64,000 nt of DNA from Bacilli bacterium (GCA_017435255.1 JAFSFI010000010.1:9460-73459), one strand, 5' to 3'; positions 40,521 to 51,860 are shown, counted from the stretch's first letter. Notes: generated by a model not told the origin, from the sequence alone. Numbers and translations: made by a program.

Positions 40521-41453
40521 GTTTATCGTAACGCTCTCATAAAATAATGGTAATAGTATATAATTGTTATTTTGTAAATATTCGATTGCTTGTGGTAATA
40601 TTGATAAAGTAATATTATTATAATCATGGAATAGAACGACTTCAATATCTTGATTTATGCTATTTACAAAATAGTTCCATGCCTGTGTAGTTGATTTTAA
40701 GTCCCCACCATCACCATCTTGTGCCGACCAATCAACCCAACCATAACCATTATTTCTTAATTCTTGAATTATGCTAGACTTTAATCTTCCTGCCGTACTA
40801 GAACCACCGGGGAATCTAACTATATTAGTAGTTACTCCTGTATGTTCTTTAATTAATTCTTCTTGTTTTTTAACTTGTGTCATAAATGAATTAGTGCTAC
40901 TATATAGCCCATAGAAAATACCATGTGAATAAGTGTGATTAGCAATGGTATGTCCATCATCAACTATTTTTTTGTATGTTTCCATACAACTAGCATTAGG
41001 GTTGTCGTAGCATTTACTTTTTCCAGAACCTATAGTAAAGAATGTTGCTTTAACATTATAGTTTCTTAAAACTTCAAGATATTTGTCAGTTAAATAGTAA
41101 GGTCCATCATCAAACGTTAGATATGCAATTTTATAGGTAGTTTGCCCACTTAATATTTTTTGTTCTAATTCACTAGCAAGTTTAAACACTTCTTGTTTAG
41201 TTACTTCGGTTTTATGAACGGTATTATTTAACTCATCAATCTTTTTATTTAATTCATTATTTGAATTTATAATTTCATTATAATCATTTGTTTTAATATT
41301 TAATTTATTAATTAATTTTTTGTTTAGTTTTTGTTCATTTTCTAGTGATTTTTTGTTAGAGAAGATGAAAAATGTCATTACACCAATTGAAGATATTAAT
41401 AAGATTATTATTAAGATAAAGCCAAAATTATTTTTTCTTTTGTGTTTAGCCAT
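40515..41453 (-). CDS. polysaccharide deacetylase (NodB domain) with TM anchor and coiled coil
   Basis: YLTFDDGPY and HTYSH motifs. N-terminal TM helix. Confidence 0.85.
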   Translation of the reverse strand: MAKHKRKNNFGFILIIILLISSIGVMTFFIFSNKKSLENEQKLNKKLINKLNIKTNDYNEIINSNNELNKKIDELNNTVHKTEVTKQEVFKLASELEQKILSGQTTYKIAYLTFDDGPYYLTDKYLEVLRNYNVKATFFTIGSGKSKCYDNPNASCMETYKKIVDDGHTIANHTYSHGIFYGLYSSTNSFMTQVKKQEELIKEHTGVTTNIVRFPGGSSTAGRLKSSIIQELRNNGYGWVDWSAQDGDGGDLKSTTQAWNYFVNSINQDIEVVLFHDYNNITLSILPQAIEYLQNNNYILLPLFYESVTINK

Positions 41454-41689
41454 AAATTATAGGTATTTATTTCTTCCTTTAATTCTTCTTCTAGTACTTT
41501 AATATTTTCATTTAATGTAACATTATTTTTTTCTTCATTTTTATTATTAGAATCAATCATGTTTATTTTTTCCTGCAAATGGATGTTAGCGTTTTTTGCT
41601 TCCAGATAGTTTAAATAAGATATTGCATATATGGCGGAAGTAATTAAAACCATACCTGCTAGGAAAATTATTACTGCTATTTTTCTCAT
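41411..41689 (-). CDS. small TM plus coiled-coil protein
   Basis: TM helix then an Asn/Glu/Lys-rich coiled coil. Overlaps the deacetylase start by 43 nt, out of frame. Confidence 0.4.
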   Translation of the reverse strand: MRKIAVIIFLAGMVLITSAIYAISYLNYLEAKNANIHLQEKINMIDSNNKNEEKNNVTLNENIKVLEEELKEEINTYNLWLNTKEKIILALS

Positions 41690-41751
41690 TTTACATCATC
41701 TCAAGATCATAATACATCAAATGTTCAAATTTTTCAATTAAAAATCCACAA

Positions 41752-42693
41752 TTATTGTGGATAGTTTTTATATTTTATTCCTTGATAAGAATCCCTTCTA
41801 ACCATTTCTTTATCTATTTCATTTAATACACCAAACTTTTTAATTAACCAAAACGGTTCTATTAAATCATCGGGGTTAGGATCGCCGGTAACTCTATTTA
41901 TGACAATATCTTCTCTTAATACTTCTAATTGTGAACACACAATATCCACATACTCTTCTTTTGATAGTACATGAAACTTTTCTTTTTCATACAAATTAGC
42001 AAGGACTGTATTTTTTAAAATATGGAGCATATGAATTTTTATTCCCTGTATATCTTTGCTAGATAAATATTTTGCTGTTTTAATCATCATATCTTTTGTT
42101 TCATAAGGTAATCCATTAATTATATGTACAACAACATTTATATTTCTTTTTCTTAATTTCTCTAACATTTCTTCAAAACATTTTAAGTCATGCCCTCTAT
42201 TAATCAGTTTTGATGTAGTATCGTGTATTGTTTGAAGACCTAGTTCTATGGTTAAATATGTTTTTTTATTTAATTCTTCTAAATATTCTAGGCATTCATC
42301 TGTAATGCTATCAGGTCTAGTTGCAATATTTAGTCCTACTACATTTTCTAAATTAAGAACCGATTCATATTTTTCTTTTAATACATCTACCGGAGCGTAG
42401 GTGTTTGTATTTGCTTGAAAATATGCGATATACTTACTATCTGGCCATTTTTTAAGCATAATTTGTTTAACTTCATTAAATTGTTCTACTAAATTTTTTT
42501 CTTTGTTACCAGCATAATCACCACTGCCAAGCTTAGAGCAATAAATGCATCCTCCAAATCCTTTAGTACCGTCCTTGTTAGGGCATGAAAAGCCAGCATT
42601 TAAACTGACCTTAAATACTTTAGAATTAAATTTTTGTTTATAAAAATAATCCAATGTATAATATCTTTTATTTGAGTTACTATATTTAAACAT
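41752..42693 (-). CDS. radical SAM protein, TIGR01212 (YtqA-like) family
   Basis: ...VSLNAGFSCPNKDGTKGFGGCIYCS... cluster and family-typical N terminus. Confidence 0.8.
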   Translation of the reverse strand: MFKYSNSNKRYYTLDYFYKQKFNSKVFKVSLNAGFSCPNKDGTKGFGGCIYCSKLGSGDYAGNKEKNLVEQFNEVKQIMLKKWPDSKYIAYFQANTNTYAPVDVLKEKYESVLNLENVVGLNIATRPDSITDECLEYLEELNKKTYLTIELGLQTIHDTTSKLINRGHDLKCFEEMLEKLRKRNINVVVHIINGLPYETKDMMIKTAKYLSSKDIQGIKIHMLHILKNTVLANLYEKEKFHVLSKEEYVDIVCSQLEVLREDIVINRVTGDPNPDDLIEPFWLIKKFGVLNEIDKEMVRRDSYQGIKYKNYPQ

Positions 42694-42757
42694 CTGTGAT
42701 ACTCCTTTAAAACATTAAAAATATTATATCAAAGATTAACTTATAAATAAAGGACTG

Positions 42758-43225
42758 CTAGTTTAACAGATAAATCCCTATATTCAAATAAATGGCAAAG
42801 CAGCACCAAATCAAGTAAGGTGTTTGCAGTAATCCTGCCCATTTATTTATTTTATAAAATTTTTCTATCATAACGACAATTAATACTATTAGCAATAATA
42901 ACCAGAAAATAGAAAATAATCTCCATTTAAATGCAAAAAAGAAAATGCTCCATAATCCATTAACTAATAATTGAGAAAAATAAACTACATAAACTGAATC
43001 TTCGGTATAACTATTGCTTTCAAGTATAAGATAAAAACTTATTCCCATTAAAATATAGAGAATAGTCCATACAACCGGAAATAACCAACCAGGAGGAGCT
43101 AACGGTGGCTGAATTAAAACACCATAATCCTTAAAAGGCATAGAAATTAGTCCAGATATTGTTCCAACAGAAAGAGGAATTAATAAACTTATAATTAATC
43201 TCTTGAAATTAACTTTTTTAATAAT
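42758..43225 (-). CDS. tspO: TspO/MBR tryptophan-rich sensory protein (apparent non-canonical ATT start)
   Basis: PPGWLFPVVWTILYILMG motif. The frame stays open upstream of the track's Met (43141) and encodes a TM1-like KKVNFKRLIISLLIPLSVGTISGLIS. The only start candidates after the in-frame TAA are ATT ATT, right behind GGGGTGA. Confidence 0.65.
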   Translation of the reverse strand: MIKKVNFKRLIISLLIPLSVGTISGLISMPFKDYGVLIQPPLAPPGWLFPVVWTILYILMGISFYLILESNSYTEDSVYVVYFSQLLVNGLWSIFFFAFKWRLFSIFWLLLLIVLIVVMIEKFYKINKWAGLLQTPYLIWCCFAIYLNIGIYLLN

Positions 43226-43343
43226 ATCACCCCATTATTTTTTATGCTCTAAATACTCATAATATTAGTTTTATTTACAAAAACAATCTTTATATTTATA
43301 AAGTTTCGTGATATAATTATTTAAAATAGAAAGGGTGACGTTT

Positions 43344-45755
43344 ATGTATGATTTAGGCAATCAATTTCATATAGATTTAAACAATTTACAGATGAAAAAC
43401 GCTCAAATTGTACAGGGTAATAAGTTTAGAATTTCTGTTTTAACAGATAGATTAATACGATTAGAATACAATAAAAATGGACAATTCAATGATTTAGCAA
43501 CAGCATTAGTTATGTGTAGAATTTTTGATAGACCAGAATGCAATATTAGGCAAGACAACAACTTTTTAGAGATAGCAACTAAATATTTCAAATTAGAGTA
43601 TTCTAAAGAGATGCCATTTAAAGGTACTGGTGTTAATCCGATAAAAAATTTAAAAATAACATTGAACGGAACTCAACAATATTGGTATTATGGTCATCCT
43701 GAAGTTAGAAATTATTATGGATCTAATAATTTTTTGGGAAATAATCAAGAGGGAGCAAAAAACAAGGGGTTATACTCTTTAGATGGTTTTGTTAGTTTTG
43801 ACGATAGTAACACATTAAGATTAGATGCTTTTGGTACAATCAATAGTCCCAACTCTGATAGCGTAGATATTTATGTATTTATGTATGGAAAAGATTTTGG
43901 TCTTGCTATGCAGGATTATTTTAAATTAACTGGTATGCCATCTTTTATACCTAGATATGCTTTGGGTAATTGGTGGTGTAGGGAAAAACCTTATTCACAA
44001 GAAAATGTTTTAGAATTAGCTAATAAGTTTGATTCTATAGATGTTCCTCTTTCTGTAATTTTGCTAGACAAAGATTGGCATAAAAGAGATGTGTATAACA
44101 AGCAACTTACTAATACAGGATTTAGTTTTAATAATAATCTATTTCCGAATCCAAGCGAAATGGTTACTGAATTACACAAACGAAATATAAATATTGGATT
44201 ATCAGTAGATCCTATTGAGGGAGTTTATCCTTTTGAAAATTATTATGCACATGTTTGTAGGTATTTAGGAATGAATGCTGGCACAATAATAAGGTTTGAT
44301 CCATTAAATCCAAGGTTTTTAGATATTTATTTTAAAGTGTTAATTCATCCTTTGGAATCATTTGGTATTGATTTCTTTTGGAATGATTATAGCAATATAA
44401 ACGATTTAAATATATTATGGATTTTGAACCACTATCATTATTTAGATTCAGGAAAGTATTCAGTAAAACGAAATATGTTAATAGCTAGAAACTCCTTAAT
44501 TGCTGCGCATAGATATTCAGTGTTGTACTCCGGAAAAACTAATGCTAGTTGGGATAACTTTAAATTAATTCCCTTTTTTAACTTATCTTCCTCTAATATA
44601 GGAGTTTGTTGGTGGAGTCATGATATAGCTGGATTTAGTGGTGGAATTGAAGAAGCTGAACTATATATAAGATCTGTGCAACTTGGAACATTTAGTCCAA
44701 TATTGAGATTTCATTCGGCGGGGGGAAAATACTATAAACGCGCACCATGGTCTTGGGATAAAAAAACTTATGAAATTACTAGTGATTTTTTGAGACTTAG
44801 GCATATGTTAATACCATATTTATATACAGAAGCATATAAATATTCATCTAATGGCACAATAGTATTTCAACCGTTATATTACCTAATACCTAAAATATAC
44901 GATGATCTTTTATATCGTAACGAATATTTTTATGGCAGTGAACTGTTAATCGCTCCTATTACTACTAGAAAAGATCCAATTATGAACAGAACTATCCATA
45001 GATTTTATTTGCCAGATGGAATATGGTATGATTTTTTAACTGGGAAAAAATTTGTTGGCAATAAAAAGTATGTAGCATTTTATAAAGAAGAGGAATATCC
45101 TGTCTTCGCACGAAAAGGATCAATTATCCCTCTTTCTTTGAAAAGCAATTTTAATAACACGGGCAACCCAACGGAATTAGAAATTCAGGTATTTCCGGGA
45201 GCTAATAACACTTATGAACTATATGAAGATGATGGTATTTCTCATGAATATAAATCTGGCGCTTTCTTTAAAACAATAATTGATTATAATTATTTGCCTA
45301 ATAACTATACTTTAATAATTAGAAATAATAAAGAAAGCAAGGGTGGGTTAATACCAAACTTTAGAAATTATAGGATAAGATTCAGAAACACAAAACAACC
45401 AGAAGAGATTATTTGTAGACTAGATAATGATGTGATTCCTTTTAATGGATATATTGAAAACAATGATTTTATAGTAGAAGTAAATAATATAGATGTATTT
45501 AGGCAATTAACTATTAATTGCAAAGGGACAGACATTGAAATAGATGCTGTCAGATTAGTTAACGAAGATATAGATGATATTTTGTTCGATTTGCAAATAG
45601 AAACTATCCTAAAAGAAAAAATTAGTGATGCTATATTTAGTAATGATACAATTAAAGAAAAAAGAATAGCCTTAAGAAAATTAAAACGAGATGGACTAGA
45701 TAAATCTTTTATAAAATTATTTTTAAATTTACTTGAATATATTGAACAAATTTAA
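43344..45755 (+). CDS. glycoside hydrolase family 31 (alpha-glucosidase/xylosidase-like)
   Basis: ...GIDFFWNDYS... and ...CWWSHDIAGF... catalytic-region motifs. No signal peptide. Confidence 0.8.
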   Translation: MYDLGNQFHIDLNNLQMKNAQIVQGNKFRISVLTDRLIRLEYNKNGQFNDLATALVMCRIFDRPECNIRQDNNFLEIATKYFKLEYSKEMPFKGTGVNPIKNLKITLNGTQQYWYYGHPEVRNYYGSNNFLGNNQEGAKNKGLYSLDGFVSFDDSNTLRLDAFGTINSPNSDSVDIYVFMYGKDFGLAMQDYFKLTGMPSFIPRYALGNWWCREKPYSQENVLELANKFDSIDVPLSVILLDKDWHKRDVYNKQLTNTGFSFNNNLFPNPSEMVTELHKRNINIGLSVDPIEGVYPFENYYAHVCRYLGMNAGTIIRFDPLNPRFLDIYFKVLIHPLESFGIDFFWNDYSNINDLNILWILNHYHYLDSGKYSVKRNMLIARNSLIAAHRYSVLYSGKTNASWDNFKLIPFFNLSSSNIGVCWWSHDIAGFSGGIEEAELYIRSVQLGTFSPILRFHSAGGKYYKRAPWSWDKKTYEITSDFLRLRHMLIPYLYTEAYKYSSNGTIVFQPLYYLIPKIYDDLLYRNEYFYGSELLIAPITTRKDPIMNRTIHRFYLPDGIWYDFLTGKKFVGNKKYVAFYKEEEYPVFARKGSIIPLSLKSNFNNTGNPTELEIQVFPGANNTYELYEDDGISHEYKSGAFFKTIIDYNYLPNNYTLIIRNNKESKGGLIPNFRNYRIRFRNTKQPEEIICRLDNDVIPFNGYIENNDFIVEVNNIDVFRQLTINCKGTDIEIDAVRLVNEDIDDILFDLQIETILKEKISDAIFSNDTIKEKRIALRKLKRDGLDKSFIKLFLNLLEYIEQI

Positions 45756-45799
45756 TATACTATATAATATATTTTAATTGTTTTAAGAAGTAGTAATAA

Positions 45800-45972
45800 A
45801 GTTAATTATTTTAAGAGAAATAGTGATTGGTGCAAACTATAATAATTATTTTATGAACTTGTCTTAATTAATAGCAATTCGCAGAAATGCGTTACAAAGT
45901 TGAGTGCATAGTTTACTATGAATTAAGGTGGTACCACGTATATTAAGCGTCCTTATAAGAGGACGTTTTTTT
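45800..45972 (+). promoter_or_regulatory. T-box leader (Leu specifier) with terminator
   Basis: AGAGA and AGTGA..GGTGCAAAC stem I elements. ATGAACTTG contains CUU/UUG (both Leu). T-box AATTAAGGTGGTACCACG (45921-45938). Terminator CGTCCT-tataag-AGGACG plus T7. Confidence 0.8.
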
Positions 45973-45991
45973 ATTTGAAAGGAGAATTAAT

Positions 45992-46417
45992 ATGATTTGG
46001 TTTATTTTAACTACTATAGTGACGTACATTATATATTACATATTCATAATTAGAAAATATGATGAAAAAGGAAATAAGATAGTAAAAGAAAAAAAGAATA
46101 AAGGAAAAAGTAAAAGGGAAAAAGAAGTTGATCAGGCTAGATATCCTACTGAAGTAGAGTTATTTATATATAAATACAGAGTTGATCTGAAGAAAATAAA
46201 TTTTAGAGGATTTCTTAAACTCCTGGGGTTTGTGTGTAGCTTAGACATTGCTATAATAGTAACAATATTAAGTATGTTAAAAACAGATAATACTTGGATA
46301 TTATTAGGAGTAGGAGTGCTTCTTGTCGTTCCCGTAATACTAATAAGTTATTCTTTATTAGGTAGATATTTTACAAAGAAAGGATTGACTAAAAAATGTA
46401 CAACTTCAAAGAAATAG
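45992..46417 (+). CDS. small three-TM membrane protein, first gene behind the Leu T-box
   Basis: Strong RBS AAAGGAG 8 nt upstream, three hydrophobic helices, and a Lys-rich loop. Overlaps the leuS start by 22 nt. Confidence 0.6.
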   Translation: MIWFILTTIVTYIIYYIFIIRKYDEKGNKIVKEKKNKGKSKREKEVDQARYPTEVELFIYKYRVDLKKINFRGFLKLLGFVCSLDIAIIVTILSMLKTDNTWILLGVGVLLVVPVILISYSLLGRYFTKKGLTKKCTTSKK

Positions 46418-48786
46418 AAAAAAAATGGCAAAGTTATTGGGACGAGAATCATACTTTTAAAACAGATGTATATGATTTTTCTAAGCCTAAATTTTATGCG
46501 TTAGATATGTTTCCGTATCCATCAGGAGTAGGACTTCATGCTGGGCATCCAGAAGGATATACCGCTACTGATATCATATCTAGAATGAAAAGAATGCAAG
46601 GATACAACGTGTTACATCCAATGGGATGGGATGCTTTTGGACTTCCTGCAGAACAATATGCAATAAATACTGGAAACCATCCTGATGGTTTTACACAAGC
46701 AAATATAAATACTTTTAAAGAACAATTAAAAAGCTTAGGATTTTCTTACGATTGGGACAAAGAGTTATCTACTAGTGATCCTAAATTTTATAAATGGACA
46801 CAATGGATATTTAAACAATTATATTTAGACGGTTATGCTAAATGTGTTGATATGCCGGTTAATTGGTGTGAAGAATTAGGGACAGTATTATCTAACGATG
46901 AAGTGATTGATGGGAAAAGCGAACGTGGTGGATACCCAGTTATTAGGAAAAACATGAAACAATGGGTTATGGATATTCCAAGTTATGCAGAAAAATTAAT
47001 TTCTGGTTTGGATAATATTGATTGGCCAGAATCTACTAAAGAAATGCAAAAAAATTGGATTGGTAAATCAATTGGAGCCTTAGTAACTTTTAAAGTAGAT
47101 AGAATGGAAGAGACTTTTGAAGTATTCACTACTAGATGTGATACTTTGTTTGGGGCTACTTACTGTGTATTATCACCAGAACATAAATTAGTGGATATTA
47201 TTACTACAGATGAACAAAAGACATTAGTGGCTGCATATAAGAAGGTATGCGCTACTAAATCCGAATTAGAGCGTACAGAATTAAATAAAGATAAAACAGG
47301 GGTATTTACAGGTAGTTATGCGGTTAACCCAGTAAACGGAGCAAAAATACCTATTTGGATTGCCGACTATGTTTTAGCGTCGTATGGTACTGGAGCTATA
47401 ATGGCTGTTCCTGCCCATGATGAGAGGGATTACGAATTTGCGAAGAAGTTTAATATACCAATTATAGAAGTTTTAGAAGGTGGAGATATTACAAAAGAAG
47501 CCTATACGGATGATGGATTGCATGTTAATTCGGGATTCTTAGATGGTTTAGGTAAACAAGAGGCTATTGATAAAATGATATTATGGTTAGAAGAAAATAA
47601 GCGCGGTACTAAGAAGGTAAATTATAGATTAAGGGAGTGGATTTTTGCACGTCAAAGATACTGGGGAGAACCGGTGCCAATAGTACACATGGAAGACGGA
47701 ACCATGGAAGTATTGGAAGATAGTGAATTGCCTTTAGTATTACCTAAGATGGATGATTATAAAGGTAAAGGTGGCAAAGCACCACTTGATTTTGCAATAG
47801 ATTGGAAAAATGTAGAAATAGGTGGTAAAAGAGGTGTTAGAGAAACCTCTACTATGCCTGGCTCTGCTGGATCTAGTTGGTATTTTATAAGATATATTGA
47901 TCCACATAACAATGATTGTTTAGCTGACAAAGAATTAATGAAACATTGGTTACCTGTGGACTTATATATTGGTGGCCCAGAACATAGTACTGGTCATTTG
48001 TTATATTCAAGATTCTGGAACAACTACTTATACGACAAAGGAATTGTTCCTGTTGCAGAACCATTCCAAAAATTGGTACACCAAGGGATGATTTTAGGTG
48101 CTAATGGTATAAAAATGGGAAAAAGATTCCCAGAATATGTGGTAAACCCTACAGATATAGTTAATTCTCATGGTGCAGATTCATTAAGGTTGTATGAAAT
48201 GTTTATGGGACCACTTGATGCAGATAAACCATGGAGCAATACTGGTATAGATGGTGCTAAGAAATTTTTGGATAGAGTTTATAGAGTTTTTGAAGAAGGT
48301 AAGATTCAAGATAAAGAAAATAAAAACCTTGAAAAAATCTATCACCAAACAGTAAAAAAAGTAACAGAAGATTATGAGTCGTTAGGATTTAATACTGCAA
48401 TTGCTCAAATGATGATTTTTATCAACGCTGTGTATAAAGAAGAATTATTACCAAAAGAATATGCTGAAGGTTTTGTAAAATTGTTAAGTCCAATATGTCC
48501 TCATTTAGGAGAAGAATTATGGAATATGCTAGGTCATGATAGTACAATAGCATATGAAATTTGGCCTACATATGAAGAGTCAGTATTAAAAGAAAATACA
48601 AAAACTCTTGCTGTTCAAGTAAATGGAAAGGTTCGTTCTACAATTTTAGTAAATGCAGATGATAATGATGAAATTATAAGGGAAAAAGCGTTGAAAGAAG
48701 AAAATGTTATTAGGCATGTTGATGGTAAAGAAATAGTAAAATTTATAATAATTAAAGATAAAATTGTTAATATTGTGGTAAAGTAA
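46396..48786 (+). CDS. leuS: leucine--tRNA ligase
   Basis: [15 protein letters not shown]..., HAGHPEGY (HIGH) and KMGKR (KMSKS-like). Confidence 0.96.
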   Translation: MYNFKEIEKKWQSYWDENHTFKTDVYDFSKPKFYALDMFPYPSGVGLHAGHPEGYTATDIISRMKRMQGYNVLHPMGWDAFGLPAEQYAINTGNHPDGFTQANINTFKEQLKSLGFSYDWDKELSTSDPKFYKWTQWIFKQLYLDGYAKCVDMPVNWCEELGTVLSNDEVIDGKSERGGYPVIRKNMKQWVMDIPSYAEKLISGLDNIDWPESTKEMQKNWIGKSIGALVTFKVDRMEETFEVFTTRCDTLFGATYCVLSPEHKLVDIITTDEQKTLVAAYKKVCATKSELERTELNKDKTGVFTGSYAVNPVNGAKIPIWIADYVLASYGTGAIMAVPAHDERDYEFAKKFNIPIIEVLEGGDITKEAYTDDGLHVNSGFLDGLGKQEAIDKMILWLEENKRGTKKVNYRLREWIFARQRYWGEPVPIVHMEDGTMEVLEDSELPLVLPKMDDYKGKGGKAPLDFAIDWKNVEIGGKRGVRETSTMPGSAGSSWYFIRYIDPHNNDCLADKELMKHWLPVDLYIGGPEHSTGHLLYSRFWNNYLYDKGIVPVAEPFQKLVHQGMILGANGIKMGKRFPEYVVNPTDIVNSHGADSLRLYEMFMGPLDADKPWSNTGIDGAKKFLDRVYRVFEEGKIQDKENKNLEKIYHQTVKKVTEDYESLGFNTAIAQMMIFINAVYKEELLPKEYAEGFVKLLSPICPHLGEELWNMLGHDSTIAYEIWPTYEESVLKENTKTLAVQVNGKVRSTILVNADDNDEIIREKALKEENVIRHVDGKEIVKFIIIKDKIVNIVVK

Positions 48787-48831
48787 CACTTTTCGACATT
48801 TGTAAATATTAAAATATCTTTGGTGACTAAT

Positions 48832-49005
48832 ATGAAAGTAAAAATATTTGATGAAATGCACGAGAAAGATTTAGAAGTTAGCATCAACGATTTTTTAGAA
48901 GAAATAGGCGAAAGCTTGGTTGATATAAAATACCAGGTGTCTATTTCCATGTTTAGTGAGGAACAAATATATTGTTTTTCCGCTATGGTGTTATATAAAA
49001 AATAA
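48832..49005 (+). CDS. Cse60-like sporulation protein
   Basis: MKVKIFDEMHEKDLE..INDFL...DIKYQVS...EQIYCFSAMVLY matches my recollection of the Cse60/YteV family. Confidence 0.55.
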   Translation: MKVKIFDEMHEKDLEVSINDFLEEIGESLVDIKYQVSISMFSEEQIYCFSAMVLYKK

Positions 49006-49007
49006 AA

Positions 49008-49045
49008 AAGTACTCTTTAGAATAATTCTTAAGAGTATTTTTTTG
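49008..49045 (+). terminator. rho-independent terminator
   Basis: GTACTCTT..AGAAT/ATTCT..AAGAGTAT stem plus a T-run. Confidence 0.6.
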
Positions 49046-49197
49046 AATTTATATAATTATTATGATAAAATATAAAAAGTAAAGATAATAGTTTATTAAA
49101 ATAGGAATTTCAGTGATTGCATATATAAGTTATGAAAGATATAATGTATGCATGGCCAATGAAGGGTTTTAATACAATTGAATAGGAAGGTGAAGAG

Positions 49198-51759
49198 ATG
49201 TTAGAGATTAAAAAAATTACAAAGATTTATGAGACAGATGGATTTAAGCAAAAAGCATTAAATAAAGTAAGCATTAATTTCAGAAAAAATGAGTTTGCAT
49301 CTATTCTTGGACCAAGTGGTAGTGGTAAAACGACATTACTTAACATTATAGGTGGTCTTGATAGATATGATAATGGAGATTTAGTTATTAATGAAGTAAG
49401 CACCAAGGAATATAAAGATAGCCATTGGGATAGTTATCGTAACCACAGAGTAGGATTTGTGTTTCAAAGTTATAATTTAATTACACATCAGACAATTCTA
49501 CAAAATGTTGAATTAGCTTTAACTTTGTCAGGAGTATCAAAGACTGAAAGGAAAAGAAGAGCAAAGAAAGTTTTAAAAAGTGTTGGATTGGAAAATCATA
49601 TAAATAAACTTCCAAATCAATTATCTGGTGGTCAGATGCAAAGAGTTGCTATTGCTAGAGCATTAATTAATGATCCAGATATATTGTTAGCTGATGAACC
49701 TACGGGTGCATTGGATTCAGAAACAAGCAAACAAATAATGGAATTATTAAAAGAAGTTGCTAAAGAAAAACTGGTTATTATGGTTACGCACAATCCTGAA
49801 TTAGCTCAAGAATACTCATCTAGAATAATAAAACTTAAAGATGGTGCTGTAATTGATGACACAGATCCTTATAACGGCAAAGAAAATACTAAAGAGAAAG
49901 TAGAAATAGAGAAGAAAAAATCCGAAAAAACATCTATGAATTTAAAGACAGCATTATCATTATCTTTAAATAACTTATTAACTAAGAAAGGAAGAACAAT
50001 TCTTACTGCTTTTGCAGGGAGTATAGGTATTATTGGTATTGCACTTATTTTGTCATTATCTAGTGGTTTGAATAATTACATAGAAAAAGTAGAAGAAGAT
50101 ACATTATCTCTTTATCCTTTAACTTTAGAGAAAACAACTATGGATAGTTCAACGTTTATGACAACTTTGATGGAATCAGCTAAAGAAAAAAATAATAAAA
50201 AGGATAAAGTGTATTCAAATAACATTATGACTAATATGTTGTCAGCTATGGCTCAAGAGCAAAATATTAATGATTTGAGAAGTTTTAAAGCATATCTTGA
50301 AAGTGATAAGTCTAATGTTAATGAATTTGTTAGTGATATAAGATATATTTATGATTTAAATATTAATTTATATAAATCAAACTATGAAGAATCAATTGTT
50401 CAGGTTAATCCTAGTACTGTTTTTGAGAACCTTGGATTAAGTAGTGATATGAGTAGTTCATTCAATATGATGGGAATGAGCGAAGTTAATTCATGGCTAG
50501 AGTTGTCTGATAAAGACGATATGTTAGAAAATCAATATGAAGTTGTAGCGGGTAATATGCCAGAAAAATATAACGAAGTTGTTCTTGTGTTGGATAAGAA
50601 TAATCAAATAAGTGATTATGCGTTATATTCTTTAGGTTTATTAGATCAAAGTGAATTGAAAAATAGTTTGGAAAAAATCATGAAGGGTGAGACAATTGAA
50701 ACTAAAGAAGTATTTGAATATGAATATGATGAAATTATTGGACTTACATATAAGTTGATATTAAATACTGATTATTATCAAAAAACAGGCGGTATTTGGG
50801 TTGATAAAAGAGAAGATATGAGTTACATGAAGTCTATCTTAGCAAATGCTGAAGATATAAAAGTTGTTGGCATTGTAAGAATTAGCGAAGATTCACAAGT
50901 TACAACAACTGGTGTAATTGGGTATACTAAGGAATTAACGGAGTATACAATAAATAAAATTAATGCAACTGAAATTGCAAAAGAGCAACTTGCTAATCAA
51001 AATATAAATGTATTTACAGGATTAGAGTTTTCTGATAATGCGTCATTTGATATAAATAGTTTAACGGTAGAACAACAACAATATTTATCATCTCTTTCAC
51101 AAGAAGAACTAACTAAAGTAATTTCTGAATATACAGAAAATGCTTCTGCAACATATGATAGTAATTTAAGAAAACTTGGAATTGTAGATTTAAATGATCC
51201 TTATATGATTGAATTATATCCAAAAGATTTCGAATCAAAAGAAGAGATAGTTTCTATTATTGATAATTATAATAAAGAAAAAGAAGAGTCTGAACAATTA
51301 GTTTATACTGATATCGTAGGAGTTATGATGGATTCTGTTACGACTATCATTAATGCTATAAGCTATATATTGATGGCTTTTGTAAGTATTTCATTGATAG
51401 TTTCTTCTATAATGATTGCTATTATTACGTATATTTCAGTCATTGAAAGAACAAAAGAAATAGGAATTTTAAGAGCTATAGGTGCAAGTAAGAAAGACGT
51501 ATCTCGTGTGTTTAATGCCGAAACTTTAATTGAAGGTTTATTTGCAGGAGTTTTAGGTATTGTAGTTACCCTATTACTAAATATTCCAATAAATATTATT
51601 ATTTATGAAATAACAGGACTAAAAGGATTATCTAAACTCCCTTGGGCTGGTGCAATAGTGCTTGTTATTATTTCAGTAACCTTAACTTTTGTTGCAGGTT
51701 TAATACCATCTAGAATGGCCAGCAAAAAAGATCCTGTTATTGCATTAAGAACTGAATAA
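49198..51759 (+). CDS. fused ABC ATP-binding/permease protein (MacB/FtsX type)
   Basis: Walker A GPSGSGKTT, LSGGQMQR, LLADEPTGALD, then a TM helix, a large extracytoplasmic domain, and a C-terminal FtsX-like three-TM module. Confidence 0.88.
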   Translation: MLEIKKITKIYETDGFKQKALNKVSINFRKNEFASILGPSGSGKTTLLNIIGGLDRYDNGDLVINEVSTKEYKDSHWDSYRNHRVGFVFQSYNLITHQTILQNVELALTLSGVSKTERKRRAKKVLKSVGLENHINKLPNQLSGGQMQRVAIARALINDPDILLADEPTGALDSETSKQIMELLKEVAKEKLVIMVTHNPELAQEYSSRIIKLKDGAVIDDTDPYNGKENTKEKVEIEKKKSEKTSMNLKTALSLSLNNLLTKKGRTILTAFAGSIGIIGIALILSLSSGLNNYIEKVEEDTLSLYPLTLEKTTMDSSTFMTTLMESAKEKNNKKDKVYSNNIMTNMLSAMAQEQNINDLRSFKAYLESDKSNVNEFVSDIRYIYDLNINLYKSNYEESIVQVNPSTVFENLGLSSDMSSSFNMMGMSEVNSWLELSDKDDMLENQYEVVAGNMPEKYNEVVLVLDKNNQISDYALYSLGLLDQSELKNSLEKIMKGETIETKEVFEYEYDEIIGLTYKLILNTDYYQKTGGIWVDKREDMSYMKSILANAEDIKVVGIVRISEDSQVTTTGVIGYTKELTEYTINKINATEIAKEQLANQNINVFTGLEFSDNASFDINSLTVEQQQYLSSLSQEELTKVISEYTENASATYDSNLRKLGIVDLNDPYMIELYPKDFESKEEIVSIIDNYNKEKEESEQLVYTDIVGVMMDSVTTIINAISYILMAFVSISLIVSSIMIAIITYISVIERTKEIGILRAIGASKKDVSRVFNAETLIEGLFAGVLGIVVTLLLNIPINIIIYEITGLKGLSKLPWAGAIVLVIISVTLTFVAGLIPSRMASKKDPVIALRTE

Positions 51760-51776
51760 AATATTTAAAATGTGTC

Positions 51777-51810
51777 AAAAGAACAATAAAAATATTGTTC
51801 TTTTGTTTAT
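51777..51810 (+). terminator. rho-independent terminator
   Basis: AAAAGAACAATA-aaaa-TATTGTTCTTTT. Confidence 0.65.
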
Positions 51811-51860
51811 AAATTCCCAATTTGTGTTATTATATTGATAAGGACGAAAGATGTGATAGG

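Noticed and set aside
41320-41502. A 60-aa plus-strand ORF, plus the question of whether 41411-41689 and 40515-41453 are one frameshifted gene.
   Set aside because: The plus-strand ORF is antisense shadow. In the deacetylase frame a TAA lies immediately upstream of its ATG, so the two minus-strand ORFs are separate overlapping genes rather than a frameshift.
48615-48950. Minus-strand ORFs of 111 aa and 71 aa spanning the leuS 3' end and the cse60-like gene.
   Set aside because: They are antisense to two well-supported genes, have Ile/Phe/Ser-rich shadow composition, and lack an RBS.
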